A stretch of 61,818 nucleotides of DNA, filler included, from Bipalium vagum (taxonomy: Eukaryota): assembly GCA_037834085.1 (NCBI GenBank). It is 3 parts of 3 records of this genome, joined end to end, with 100 filler letters (N's around TTAATTAATTAA, not from the genome) between each part and the next. Parts side by side here need not be neighbours in the genome. Positions count along the whole stretch, not along the records: positions 1 to 27,868 come from JBBMKC010077343.1; positions 27,969 to 43,586 come from JBBMKC010155493.1; 1 more part is not named here. One strand, given 5' to 3'. A program made the position numbers and the translations under genes. This document shows positions 27,295-41,620 of this stretch, piece by piece. The first letter of the stretch is position 1, and every line of letters begins with the position of its first letter. Below the pieces are notes generated by a model. The model did not search any database and was not told the DNA's origin. It saw nothing but the letters and a program-made list of their open reading frames with translations.

Positions 27295-27868
27295 TCAGGT
27301 TGTCAGGAAATGTATTGCTGTCCTTTAAGGAGCATTTTAGTCTTTTGCTTTTTGCAGAATGCCAAAATGAAATATAGTGGTGGAAATTTTTTTCTGATAC
27401 TAACTAAAAAAAATTTATTTCATAACATAAATATTAACTAATATCAAATCCTTGGAACTCAACCAAACAGTAATCAATACCTTCCATTGGTGCACATTGG
27501 GTTTCGGAAAGGGTTTAGGGGCCTCATGTCGATCAAACCACTGCGCAGTACGACGGCGATTGTCGTACATGATCCATTTCTCATCACATGTCACAATGCG
27601 ATCGTGGAAAGGATCAGTTTTGTTGCGTAAAAGAACTGCGGATGACACCTCAAAACGACATAATTTTGCTTTTCGGTTAAATTGTGCGGAATCCATTTCT
27701 CCAATTTTTTTGACTTTCCTATTTGGCGAAGACGTTTCGAAACAGTCATAGCTGAAACGCCTACCTTACGGCTAATTTCTCGAACAGTGGCACGTGGATC
27801 ACTCTCAACCAGTGCTTTCAAATCGTCATTGGAGATGGAAGATCTTCGCCCACGACCATCTTTATCTT
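27295..27868 (-). mobile_element. Mariner transposase remnant truncated by gap
   Basis: GRGRRSS, LKALVESDPRATVREIS, KWIPHNL, RIVTCDEKW and KVLITVW motifs; TIR-like TA-tcaggttgtcagg. Confidence 0.85.
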
Positions 27869-27968
27869 NNNNNNNNNNNNNNNNNNNNNNNNNNNNNNNN
27901 NNNNNNNNNNNNTTAATTAATTAANNNNNNNNNNNNNNNNNNNNNNNNNNNNNNNNNNNNNNNNNNNN
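27869..27968. other. Artificial scaffold linker N44-TTAATTAATTAA-N44
   Basis: Exactly 100 bp; the 12-mer puts stops in all six frames; identical structure at 43587-43686. Confidence 0.95.
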
Positions 27969-28040
27969 TTATTATTATTATTATTATTATTACTATTTAT
28001 ATTATTTTTTTGTTTTACTTATTAAAAAGCAAATTCCTAC

Positions 28041-30743
28041 TTTTGATGTTTCAGATTTGGTTTCTTGTATATTATAATTTGTTGGATTGAAATGCACATT
28101 AGGTGTACCATACCACAAATTATTGACAGGGGAGTACATAACATCTGACCATCTATTATCATTTCCATAGATTTTTTCCACATTTTGTCCCATTCCAATT
28201 TCAGAATGATTATATTCTCCTCTTTCATTTTGCAACTTAACGGACCTTCGTTTCACAAACATAAGAAATATAAATAAACCCAACAGAACAACTCCTCCCA
28301 TAGTTACCATTGCAATTACAATCACAATTCGAAACTGATCATCAGTAAAGTTCATGCCCGCTCGGAAAGCCGATCTGGAAGAAACGAAGAGTCTTATTTT
28401 TATTTCAGTAGATAAATTTGGTTCACCATTATCATTGGCAACCAGTTTAATTACATAATTTCCTTCTCCAATTCTGTGACGGGTTCTTATTTCTCCGCTT
28501 TGTGAATCAATATAAACAAAATCATTACCTTCGGTTACATGATATGTAATATTTGCATTTTGTAAAGAATCTAAATCAATTGACTGCGCAATGATTATTC
28601 TTTGGTCTGGTGCTAGAACACTTGATGTATTTATATTAGAAGAATCGGGAGTAGGATGAACCCATTTAGGAGAGTTGTCATTCATGTCCAGAACCCTTAA
28701 AGTGATGGCCTCAATTGTAGTGAGTTTCGGCTTACCTTGATCACAGATCATGATGAAAAGCGTATATAGTTCTATATATTCTCTATCCAGAGACTTGTGT
28801 AAGGAAATATTGCCCGTATTTTCATCAATAGAAAAAATATTCGTAAAATTGTTACTGATATCACCAGACTGGACAAAAGAGAGAGATTTACCTATTATTT
28901 TTTGAATGTAAAATTTAACAGTTCCGTTTTCACCTAAATCCTCATCTTTTGCTTGTAACTGTGTAAGTAATTTTGGAAGCTTGCTTTCATTTTCCATCAC
29001 TTCCAATCTTGGAGGATTGACAATAGAAGGCGCATTATCGTTTATGTCCGTTATTGTAATAATGACTGTAGCCGAAGCAGTTTTTATTCTAGGTTCACCT
29101 GGATCAACTGCAAGAACAATAATTTCAATTTTATCCTTTTGTTCTCTATCTAAGCCTTTTGCGGTACGTAAATACCCCAGTACAGGATCTATTATAAAGT
29201 ATGCTTCTGATTTTGGAGCGATCTCATATATTAGTTGAGCCGTTATATCCTCATCTGTAGCTTGCAGTTGAAGCAGAATTACACCGTTTGTGGTATTCTC
29301 GGATATTTCAACAAAGTACTGTGACTTTTTGAATTTTGGTGAATATTCATTTATGTCTTGGATTTTAACTGTGATCTCTTCTTCGGTTGTTAATTTTGGG
29401 ATCCCTCTGTCAGAACAGAACATTCTTACTTGGAAATGGCTTTCTACTTCTCTATCGAACACTCTTTTCGGTTGTAATGTATATATATCACGACCTTTAA
29501 CAGTTTGAGAGTTTGATAGTTTAAAGCTGTCGGCTCCTACGGTCAAATTACAGTCAACTTCAGCGTTAATACCAATGTCACCATCCGACACCCAAATGAT
29601 TGCAAAATGCGACATGGATGTTTGATTTTCTTTCACATTGAATTCCTTTTTATTGGGATCCAGTGAATTAATATTGATTATTGGTCTTTGGTTATTTACA
29701 TCTTTTAAGTGAACATAGACAATTGTGTATCCTACTTTTGGCACATTCCCACCATCCGAAGCTTCAATGTTCAATGAAAAATCTTGAGCGATATTCTTGC
29801 AATTGAGTATTCTTTGTAACTTAATTTCTCCGGTATAAGTACTGATATAAAAGTATGATAATACAGATGGGTCTTGAACCTGACCAAAACGGTATCGTAC
29901 CTGGCCAAACAGTCCCGAATCCAAATCGACCGCTGTTACGTTGGCAACCACTTCACCAACCATGGTATTTTCCATTATTGTTACTACATATTCCTTTTGC
30001 AAAAAGACAGGATAATTGTCATTTATATCTAAAACGGAAATGGCCAAAGTTTGATTACCACATAACGGTGGAGATCCACAGTCGCACGCTATTAATGTGG
30101 TTTTGTAATTTATTTGAGTTTCATAATCAAGAGCACTTGTGACATTAAGGTAAAGAAGACTTGCAAATGTTATATTAAAAGTATCGTTAAATCCATGCAT
30201 GAAATATGTACAGACATTGTTTGGTTCAACGTCAGGGTCGGATGCTGTTCTCAATGATATTCGATAGCCTATCTGAACGGCTTCACTGATCTGCACTTGG
30301 TAATAAGATTCTGCAAATTTCGGTTGGTGATCATTAACATCTTGAATGGTTATGATAACGTTAATCCAATGATCGGGCTGTACGCAAACGGTCAGTTCAA
30401 TTTGACAGCGATCCAAAGCTGTGAAACTGGTGGGACATATTTGTTCTCTGTCAATTCTTTGAGCAATAAACAATTTTCCAGTACTTTCTTCCAGAGAAAA
30501 GTATTTCAACAATTTCCCATCATCATAAAGCTTAAATGTTGATTGGGGTTGGATCTTAATCATATTGGTATCGAGATTTAAGTTGCCAATAAAATTTCCA
30601 ATTTCCGTTTCCTCTTTGACAGCGTAAAGAATATTTCTTATGACATCATTGCCAAGCAAACGTTTACATTGACTTTGCATTAAGAAAACAATTATTATCA
30701 AAACTATCCAACAGTTCCAAGAAACGGTCTTTTTCAGATTCAT
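28041..30743 (-). CDS. Protocadherin (7 EC repeats, delta-type-like), large first coding exon
   Basis: Signal peptide, seven cadherin repeats (DxNDxxP, LDYE/LDRE and AxDxG motifs; EC1 DREQIC...C), TM IVIVIAMVTMGGVVLLGLFIFLMFV, then KRR. Probable phase-0 donor SETSK|gtagga at 28041; unspliced, the ORF runs to a stop at 28002. Confidence 0.93.
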
Positions 30744-33700
30744 TTTTCCGATTTAAATTAATAATTTTTAACACCTTTGTGTAGCATAATAGGAGAAATT
30801 GAACAATAAAATTTACAATCATTTCCCATATATAATCTCGATGGGAGCCAATGGAATCGTTCCTCTTTCTTTATTGAATCAAGGATTTGACAGAAACTTT
30901 TTCATTGAAATTGGATAAGAATCATTTCTTTCTGCAATGATATTTTGGTTCTTCGGATTTCCAGGTCCCTATAATGGTCTAGATACCAGTGGAGAAAAGA
31001 TTCCGTCTTCTGTGGTTCTGTCAATAAAAATTGAGGCATTCATTCAATAGTAAAATGAGAGATTTGCGTCTCTGATTGATCCGTCTTCTTGAAGAGTGTG
31101 ATAGAAACGATGAAGATCCAAAATTAATTTCTTTTTTACTTCATTTTTTTATTTTATTTTAAAAAATCTCTAAATATAAAATAATATTTATAAATATAAT
31201 GTTTTGTCAATCTAAAATGTGACTGACATTAAAAGAAAAGAAAGATAAGAAAAAGTATTTTTGTAACATCAGATTTCTTGGAGAAATTAAACTTATAAAT
31301 TTTTTATTATTGTAAAATTTTAAATAATAAAGTAAAACTGGTTCAAGGAGATTATTTTCCAGAAAATATAAATAAGAAAAAAGAGAGAAAGAATTATAGA
31401 AGAAAAAGTGTTTAATGAAGAAATCAAATAGTCTCTTACCTGAAAAGATGGGCTTATTAAATTGTATAGATGATTTTTAAGAAATCTGACGCATTTAGAT
31501 TAACCCCATTATATTTTTCCAATAGCAATAGAACCTACAATTTTTGAAATATTTGATTTTAAGTCAAATTTATTCCAATACTTTTCTCTGGTAATATGGT
31601 GTCAAGTTTTGCTTCTAAGTTATAGAGTAAATGTAATTTTCAATTTTTAAAAAACTCTGGTGTAAAAGAATGACACGTGACTGACAGGCCCACTGATTGG
31701 AAAATTTTCTTAAATCATATTTTTATTGATAATTAATTTGTTTGATGAATTGGACAAAAATTGCAATGCGTTTTCTGCAAAATAGAAAAATCGAAGATGA
31801 TCAATGGCACAGTCTTTTAGTCTTCTGGATCTATGTTGTATAGCTGCCAAAATAATGTGAAAAGAATTATTTCCCGATTAAAATACCGCCAAAAGTAATT
31901 TAAGTCTGAGGAAAAATTAGGCATTTGTCTAATATCTGCGTTGCGCAATTTATGAAAATATTACAAATAGATCTGCTAAAATGGATCTTGATAACCAGTT
32001 TGTTGAAAATAATGCGAAAGCGGTGGCAGCATTGTCCATCATTAAAAGATTGACCCTCTAAACAAATTTTCGACACTTGTGGAAAAAAAAACCTGCAGTG
32101 AACATTCGGAGAAAGTTGTAATAAGCGAAAATTGAAAAGATAAAGTTTTACCTAAATTTACTTTTCTTTATAAAGATATTTATATTTTATGATTAGCACA
32201 ATAAATGACCCAAACAATATACATAAATGTGACTGAGTCAAAAACTTTTTATTTTACCTAACATATTTATATATTCTTTTACTTGAGAATTTAACGACTT
32301 AAAGTGTCAAGGTAGGTGTAAGGGAAGCATGGAAAATGTGATTTATGTCTTTATTAATATTTATATTTTTGCAATGATATCTATACTGAAATAGAATTTT
32401 TTCTTTGTATGTATAGGACCTATAGAGAAGCTCTAAACTATGTGCATCACAAAGTTATCTTTTCTCGGTATATAAGCCGATATATGAATTATAAGAGAAA
32501 TAAGTAATTAGAAAATATAGTTTGTGTGACCTATTTTATCTCCCGGTATGTAAGCCGATTTAGGAATAATACGAGAAATAAGTTACCTTATACATATTTA
32601 TATGAAAATATAAATTATAGGAATTATATTTATTGTACAGCTACACACTTGACTTTATACATATTTTGTTGTAATTAAATTCGATGAACATTTTAAAAAT
32701 TTGAACAGAAACATTACCCATATCAATTAAGAATCATAATTATTATGGCTACTATTATTGTTAGTGCAGTCGTTATTGTTGATGCTATCGTCTGTTGTTG
32801 TTATTACTATTACTTTTATATTTTATATCATGCATAAACCCTTATTACTAAACATTAACTCTTATTATCTTTATATTTCTGATTGTATTGTGTATAAATC
32901 TTTCTTCTCTTTCCGTTATTCTTTCTCTCTTCTCCGATGCCTTCTCTCATGTAATAAACATTCAAGACATACCAGACGATCGGAAACTGCACATCAAATA
33001 AATACAATGAAAATCAATAACTGCACCTAAATTATATTAATAAGTACATATTTCGATCAAATTAGTACTTGTTTTCATGAGAACTTTACATCTTCAAACA
33101 GCATTTGGTTTCGAGAAGAAATCGTCTTCAGAATATATCTACCTCTCAATCCATTTTTGACATCTTACCTTTTTTTGTTGAAAGGTCCCATGCTGCGTTG
33201 ATTAAGAGATTACAATGACTTGGTAATATGTCTTGCGGATTTAGAGATTGAGGTATGATTACCTAATTTTTGGATATTTTAAAAGAATGAAAATTATACT
33301 ATGGATCAGCTAATCAGGTTGATTAAAGACAAATTTGATTTTCAAATTTCGAGAACACATGTTATTCTTAAGATTTAAAATATTTAAATAAAATTCGTTG
33401 TTAACAAAAAAAGTGATAATTTCCTTTTCAAATATATTGTAAAGACTTTTTATTGCATTATATCTGACCATTAACCATCTTTCAGCTAGCAATCCATATT
33501 CCTCGAATAAAACTCCTATTTTGAAGTGATAACTGTCGTAATGCACTTTCAATCCTCTCCTCTACCTTACGTGATAAGTTACTCAAAATGTGCTACAGAG
33601 ACCAGAAACGAGTGAAAATAAGTAATTTCTGCAGAATGATATTTTTTGCTAGCTAGTACTGGGCATGTCTCTATGACTTTTAAACAAGACAATTAAGCAA

Positions 33701-34824
33701 ATTAAATACCAGCAAAAATTAACTCAACAAGAAGATTAACAAAGTACTCAGTTTTCGTACTTATAACATCCGCCATCAACGAAGAAACCTGATTTTGTAA
33801 TCTATTCATTTTAATCTTGATTTTTTTTCACCGAGCTTAACAAATACTTTAACAATTCAATTATCAAATAACATTAAGTAAATTGCCTTTTTGGCCGAAA
33901 AAAAAACTTTGAAAAATTGGAAAGAATAACTAGTTCTTGATATCTAATTATCACAGATTATTACATAAGAATTGAACAAACCCAATGCTCCAAATACACG
34001 AAAAATTATACAAGTTTATTTATATTTATTTGTATTGGTGTATTTTACTAGGAAAAACATCCAGTATTTACCAAGCTTAAAGTAACTGATACTACCAGTA
34101 AATCCTGAATTATGTAACCCTTATCAAATCTTTTTATAAGTAATATTTCATAAACATTTAAATATAGAAATAATTTATTTTTCTTTACTGAACTTCTATC
34201 TACCAATGGATTGGCTAGGGTAAAATTCTCTTTTGTGGGAAATAAAATCTCATTTTTAAGAGGACCAATATTTTTAAATTTCGAATATCTCATAACAATT
34301 TTGACTAAGCTTGAGAAAATTTTGGATCATGTTTTTTAGACCGAAATAACTATCAAGTCTCTTTTTTGATCTGTTTGTTACATCAAATCTTTTTTTTTGG
34401 CCGATATATTTTTTTTCGTGTTGATAATAAAGAAATGAATATTAAATTATTAATAATAAACAGTATAGTGATGTGTGTTCCATCCGATGCAATTATGTTT
34501 TTAGGAGAAAACAATCTCTTATTCCTATCATGTAGTTAATCATAATATTATTATATTAATCAGAATATTAATGTTTTTGATAAATGTGATGATTGTGGCA
34601 CAATATTCAAGGAATGCACATCAGAAAGAAACACTGATTGTGTTTCATGACGGTTCTACACGAAAAACTGCATAAATTACAATAAATATCTTTCTATTAG
34701 AAGAAAAACCTTTTTTGAGAAATTCAAAATACATCTAAATAAATGTGTCTATTAAAAAAAAGCAACACTTTGTTTAACAAAACACTTTTTGACCGTCTTC
34801 GTCGGAATATTTGATATTTCCACT

Positions 34825-35280
34825 TTATATATGTTTTTCTTTGACATCATTGCGTATATTCTTATTCTTATTATTCCTATTTTTGTTATTACATTTACTC
34901 TTATTCTTATTTCTATCTTTATTATTTTTAATATTATTATTTTTATTAATTTTACTTAGTGAAGATTGACCCGTATTGCTTGAATCTTGATTATTTAAAG
35001 TTAAATTAGGTTGTTTCTGATTAAAACTGCTGTCCCTCCTGAGTGGGGGGTCGACAATTTTAGCTGCAGAAGCATAGCTCATTTTAATTTGGTTTTTGGG
35101 GCTTGATCCCGGAAAACTAGTTTTTATGATCGGAATACCGTTAGGTTTCAATCTTTGATTCAAAGAATATGTGTCGATATTATTTAATTGAGGAAAAGGG
35201 GGAGATGGAAAGTTAGGGTTGAAGAAAGGTATCACATTTATGAGCCTGGGAAGATCACAAAAGTCAGTTACTGAAGACAC
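34825..35280 (-). mobile_element. Possible decayed retroelement ORF1/gag-like fragment
   Basis: Low-complexity ORF with SYASAAK, a motif common in non-LTR ORF1 proteins, plus an N/K-rich tail; no RT motifs recognised downstream. Confidence 0.25.
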
Positions 35281-36699
35281 GAGCGTTTCAATATCTGTCG
35301 TTATTAATTTCTATGCAGAAATGAGGAAAAATGTGAGATTTTTTCTTGAAAATTATGTTCAAATAAAACTAAAAGTTTTAATAAAGTCTACAAAGACATT
35401 TCAGTTATTATAATACGAATTTATAATTTCTAGTCAAACACATTTTTGTAAAACTGCAACCTTGTTTATTTTTAACCCGTGGAGTCATTGTGTTGAATTT
35501 GTGATAGTTAACAGAGCTAGTCTAACTCTTACATCATTAACCAAACACTCATTTTGACAAGAGACATCTAAATCCTACATAAGAATTAAGTTTTACCAGG
35601 TAGCTTTTTTCCTCAAAAAATGAGGAAAAAAATATTTTTAATATTGTTAATATTGCAAAAATTTTAGTTAATTATTTATTTTTTTGTCAATATGTGATTA
35701 TTAATGTTATAGGCTCAAAATCTAACAAGGATGATTAGTCGTTAACTATCATTTGTTCAAGTTTAGGTGTCAAGTGAGTGTGAGGCTTAAGAGCACATTG
35801 GTTTTTTTTCTTATTTAGCTTGATTTTCTTTATTGTTTTAGCGCTTTTGATACCCACAACGATGGTACACAGAGTTGTCTGCTACCTGTTTGACTTAATT
35901 GTAAACTCAGGTCTTTATATTTCGTATAATTTTTTCTGGCTTCTTAAAATTTATTTTTATATATGATTCTTTTGTATCAAACAAATAAATTTTTATTACT
36001 GATATCTCTTACAAGTAATTCTAGAAGATTTTTTTAATTTCTATAGGTTTTAGATCTTTCTATATTTAATGTAAATCTTTTAAGAATCTGTCGAAAATGT
36101 CAATGATTCTTTTCACAGATTCCTTTAATAATTACTTACACTTATTGGATTTAGATGAGTTCCACTTTGTCGTAATCTATTATTGATAGTTTTATTGCCA
36201 AAATTCTCATTTGACACTTCAAGTTTGCTAATTAACTTTTACATTTTCGGTCTTCCTTAACAAATATAATAAAAGATACTGATTGGCTGTCATGAACTTT
36301 TTGAGTTTTCATATTAACCAATTAATTTATACATTGCAGATTAAATTATTTGAAGAAAATAATTTATACATCTATGCTACTTGTAGAAGGGCTCGTTTAT
36401 ATATTATTGAGGAATATTTCTGTCCCAATCCATTCTAGTAAAGTTAAATGCGATCATTTTGAAAATAATTGAATTTTCTTTATCTGTGTTGATTCTCGTA
36501 CAAAAATATATACCACATTCAACACTTTCTTTTGTACTCAAGTATAAATTTATAAATACTAAGGGTATGCAAAATTCACATCACCGATGTACATGTAGAA
36601 GTAAGTCAATATTGATTATTTTTATAGCATTAATTTGATAATTAACTTTGTAAGGATTAAATTTTAATTAATATTAAATAAAAATGCATTACCAATTTA

Positions 36700-37862
36700 T
36701 ATGCAGAAATTACAATAGAATTACATAAAATGCATATACGCAAATGCATGGTTTTTTGTTTAATCAGATCAAAACATCAGCCGAAGCAACTGGAATTATT
36801 TGCAATACATATGGTGATGGAGCAGTAGTCGTTTCGACCTTTCAAAATCCGTGATTTTGATTTGGATGATAAAGAACGCCATATGCGACCATAAGAGATG
36901 AGTTAGGATGACTTGTGTGAGATAAATTGAAAATTAGTCTGAGGATGTAGCTCAGCGGTCAGAGCAGTCCATGCGCATGTGAAGGTCCCGGGTTAGAATT
37001 TTCAACTAACAACTTGGAAGCACTTTTTGAAAGAGAACTCAATCGATTGTAGAATTGGCAGGAAGGTTACATGTTAATCAGAGCATCATAATCAGTTTGG
37101 AAAAATTCATAAAGGAAAATGAGTTCATCATGACTTATCCGAAGACATAACCAGCCGACTCACCAATTGTCTTTCGCTTCTCAACAAACAAAGGTCTTTC
37201 TTGCATCAAATTGTGATCAGAGACGAAAAGTTAATATATATAATATTATTCAAATTCCAATCGCAAAGGATCATGCTTAAATCCTAGAGAACCAAGCACA
37301 TCACAGCCGAAACGAAATATTCATAGTCAGAAAGCTCTTCTTTGTATCTGGTGGGACATGCACGGAGTTCTTTATTATGAACTGTTAAAACTATCAGAAA
37401 CTGTTACTGCGGGATTTTACAGACGCCAATTGAAGTAGTTTGAAGAAAAATTAATTGAAAAACAGTCATATTAAACGACCAAACAGAACAATGTAATTAT
37501 TCTGCAGCACAATACCAGATTCGTGTTGAATTAAGAACCCGTGAAATATTGATGGAATTAAAATGGAAAGTTCTATTACATTCGGCTTATTCTCCAGATG
37601 TCGCCCCGTCAGATTTTCACCTGTTTCGTTCCATGCAGCACAGTGTTGGATACACGATTCTGGAATATTGAAGAGGTACGAAAATTCATCGACAACTTCA
37701 TTCAATCCAAGAACAAAGACTTTTTTAATCGGGGTATCCATCTTTACCTGAAAGATGGGGAAAATGCAAATAATGACGGAAAATATTTTGAATGAAAATA
37801 CTGTGTATATTAATAAAAATTATTTGTCTTAAGACTATTTGAATTTATGCATACCCATAATA
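36700..37862 (+). mobile_element. Inactivated mariner (DD34D) element hosting a 96-bp insertion
   Basis: MHIRKCM, NTYGDGAV, IVIRDEK, KALLCIWWDMHGVLYYELLK, AYSPDVAPSDFHLFRSMQH and NDGKYFE* motifs; TIR-like end at about 37841-37862. Confidence 0.9.
36916..37011 (+). mobile_element. 96-bp TG...CA insertion with tRNA-derived core (candidate TRIM solo LTR)
   Basis: Flanked by ACTTG duplication (36911-15 and 37012-16); ends TGTGAG...CTAACA. A-box TAGCTCAGCGG (36948-58), D-stem GCTC/GAGC, degenerate B-box GGTTAGAATT (36991-37000). Removing it restores the host mariner reading DDLEAL. Confidence 0.7.
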
Positions 37863-39959
37863 CTTAGATCTCATAAATTTTTTAAAAACTGATGCATGTT
37901 CATGCGCATATGACCAGGAAGAAATTCCTTAAATAAATGATCGTCAGACATATTTTCAAATATATCTTAAATACCCTAAATTGCTTGGTGCATAATTTCC
38001 AGTTGAAATAAACCAATTATTTTCAAGTCCTAAAGATAATAATTGTATATCTTTGTGTATTAGTACAATTAAAGTTTAGGATCATTCTGTGATTTGTAAA
38101 AGAAATTATCGGCTTAAAAAAGATTTTTTTTCGACTTTGATCTTATAAATAAATGAAAAATAAAAAATAAAACCATTTCTCACCAGAACATAAAAATCAA
38201 TTTCATTTTTTCAATAAATAATCGAAAATAATGTTCATTTATCAAAGATGGTCTCTATTTTGAAAAAATTGAGAAAATTATTAAAAAAAAATTATTATCT
38301 TAAAATTTGATACCTTTATATTTTAATGTAATGTTGTCTAGCATTTTCTTTTTTAACGATAGAAACTCGTCATTTAACGTAATTAGACTTTCCTAATTGC
38401 AACACCACGATGTACAATGATTATAAGCTCATCGTCCTAGGACATTCCTATGTTGAAGATTTCCATGTCAAATTACTACACAAATTCACTGACAATGTCG
38501 TAATTGTAATGAACTTCATTTTCTTATGAGTTGACGTAGAAAAAAAATAATGAAGAGACATTTATTGTACGGAAAGAAATATCGAGCCTCGAATTTCAGT
38601 TTATATACGTTTTTATCAGATATCATTTTAATTACTCAAAATTTAATCTGAAAAGGTTGTCACTCTTGTCCACTGTAAAATAAGCCTTAAAGTGACTTAA
38701 CGAAATGATTTAGATGTTCGACAGTGAAAATGTAATTGATAATAATCTTAATTCCATTAGACTGAAAATACAAATCAACGATTAATTATCAATATTTGTT
38801 CTCTTCATTAAAACAAACTTTTGCTTTAAATTGTCAATTTTAAAGTGTATTTTTCAGAAATTACTGTCAGAAATATTTCAAAAATAAAATATAAATTCTG
38901 AATATGCTCATATTGTTCTGGGTTATATTAAATGATAAAAATAAATTAATTAATTATATACTGTTAAATTATTTATATTTATTTACTGGTTAAAAGATTT
39001 AATATTTTTCCATTAATTTCGACAGAAAGAACATTGACTCAAATATTGATGAAAATGTGGTTATGGTGAAACAACTACTGTACGAAGATATCACGTTTTC
39101 CATCAGAAGAATTTCTGTTCTTACTAATCTCGATTTTTAATAATGTTTTAACTACTACTTCCGAAGTCTCCACAATACTGTTGACTGCATCATTTCAAAC
39201 CACTGAATTATTATTTATACCCTAAATAAAGATGAATCAATATAATTTCGACTTTATTTATTTTTCTATATTAAGCTATGAAATGCTACTCAATCATAAA
39301 ATATACAAAATATTTTATTTAAAAATAAAGCACAAAAATTTGCCAGAGAACAAATCCAATTTTAACTAACACTCATTTTGGCTTCTTTCATCCGTAGTTG
39401 ATAGTCTAAGTTTACATAAGTTGTCTGATCCGCCCACGTTTTGATGAATAAAGTTTTCGCAATTATTTTTTGAAAGCCTGATTTTTATTGTTTACCTTAT
39501 AGATCTTGTCCGATTTCTTTGTCCCCCCCACTTGATTATCGTTTATGGTTTGATCTTCATTCTGGGGTTTTTCAATGTCGGTTGTATATGGAATATATAT
39601 TTTAAATATTTAAAATTAATGTAAAGTTAATTGGTTTCTCAGGAGATTTGCATGTTAAGATCTTAATATTGTGGTATTTAAATCCAAAACTATCTTGTAC
39701 TTATCTTATTTCATAAATATTTAATCTAAGAGATAACTTTTTGCATTGTATCTTATGATAAGGTTAATTTACAAAAGAAATTAGCAAGAAACTCACATTA
39801 AGTAAATTAAACACAAAATTCAAAGAAAATATTGTCGCGTATTAATTAATTTTTAATTTCTTAATTTAATTAAATTTATGCATTTCCGATATCTAAATGA
39901 ACTTTGGTAGTTAAACTAATTTACGATTTACTTGATTTTTGAAAATCTTAATTTCACTA

Positions 39960-39963
<4 letters not shown>

Positions 39964-40020
<57 letters not shown>
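39964..40020. repeat. (TTA)n microsatellite
   Basis: About 19 perfect trinucleotide units. Confidence 0.95.
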
Positions 40021-40021
<1 letters not shown>

Positions 40022-41308
40022 TCCTATTGAATTTTAGTTAATAATTTCATTAAATATTATTAATTGTACTTTTTTCAATTTTAATTTGTTAAAAATAAGT
40101 TTCAGCAGTATGCAGAGTGCTCGTACAGTTTAATTTCCCGTTTAAATTATTTAATATTTTTGCAGCTTAATTTTCGTCACAAAATTCATGATGACATTCA
40201 ATATACAGCTTTCACCGCGGTAGATGGTGTACTCCTTGTTTTAGTAAAGTCATTAAAAATGGGTCGACTCAAATTTCAAAGAAGTTTGTCTATAATATTA
40301 TTGTTGTCCCGCTCCTGGATTATATTACAAGTCTTATTTTCCTATAGCTTGGATAACAATTTTTGTTCAATTATAATTTTTTATTTTGCAAATTGAAATA
40401 ATTTGAAAATTAATTAAATATAATTTTAATGTAAAATATGAAAAACAGTTTCATCATCGATGACATTTTCAGTCGTTCTGAAACATTTTCTTTCATTTTT
40501 TACAAAAGAGAAAATTGTTCTTAATAAAATTATTTGAAAGAAAATGAATAAATAAGAAAGATTAAAATTGGTGTTTCTTTATTGTTAAAAGTAGTTCAAT
40601 TTATTCATAAATGCATTTTGTTTGAATAAGGAATTGTGGATGGTGATAACCGGTTCATTGAGTATTAAACTTTATAATTCCGATGAATTAAACTGAGTTA
40701 TTATGTAAATAATTGGAAAAAGTTTCCTTATTTAATATTTCCTAATTTTCTTTTATTGATTAGAAAAATACTTGTAAAATATTTATTTCTTCGTGATTCC
40801 TTGGAGTAATGCCGCATCATAATATAATTAATAATACTGGAGAATACTTAGATTCCAAATAAATTGTCGTTTGATATTAATAATGCTAGATTGTGTAAAG
40901 CCTATCAATATTTTTGTACATTTAAAACATGGCTTGAAAAATAAATAAATTTCTTAACATTTTGAAATTTATTTTAAAAAGAAAACTGACAGCAACTGGC
41001 GTGAATGAGAAAAATAATTATTTTTAGCCTGAAAAAAACTTTCTGACAATATGTCAAAATGTGCGGCATACAAAGTTACAATGTTAAACATCTTTCCCAT
41101 CAATCATTAAAAACATATATGTATAGTGCAAATTTCATTTCATCGATTTTCTTTTGTTTTAACGAAAAACATTGTTTGTTCCATAAATATATACTTTTGT
41201 TTAAAATTAATAAAATTATTCGTTTAATTTTTGAAAATGAAAATTCTCATTATTTTATTTACTAATACAAAGTCTGTTGTGATCCAATTGTAGGTACAAT
41301 GTTGAAGT

Positions 41309-41620
41309 GGTTAAGGTCCTAAAAATTGTGGAGCTAATATAAACTGGGTGATAGGACTTAACGTGTGAAGGCTGCTATTACTTGCGTGTTTAATTAAAAG
41401 GACTAAAATAACTATTTTAAATAAATAAAGTGTTATTCAATTGTTATAAACAAAGGTAGTTACAAATTACTGATTATCGTCCTTGATAAGAATTCTTCTT
41501 TTTAATTGCATTTTTGTTTTTATTTAGGTTAAAGAATCATCTCGCTCTTAGACTCAGAGGTCCTCAGGGAAGGAAAACAAATTGTCTCACCACCCTACTT
41601 AGTGTGTGAGTTAAGAACAA
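41309..41620. mobile_element. LTR-like repeat related to the element starting at 61584
   Basis: Shares ordered blocks gttaag(g/a)tcctaa, taatata, tgaagg(c/t)tgct, cgtgtt and ttaattaaa with 61584-61690; no clear TSD. Confidence 0.4.

Noticed and set aside
27913-27924. TTAATTAATTAA as a biological motif (also 43631-43642)
   Set aside because: Centred in an exact 44+44 N pad twice; assembly linker.
23315-30542. Plus-strand ORFs overlapping SART1, the mariner remnant and the protocadherin
   Set aside because: Antisense shadows of real minus-strand coding sequence, with no motifs of their own.
36941-37010. Functional tRNA gene
   Set aside because: No anticodon-stem pairing and no 3' T-stem or acceptor strand; it sits inside a TSD-flanked insertion.
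39495-39585. Further ankyrin mini-exon (TDIEKPQNEDQ...)
   Set aside because: No usable AG acceptor, wrong donor phase, and it lies beyond an artificial linker.
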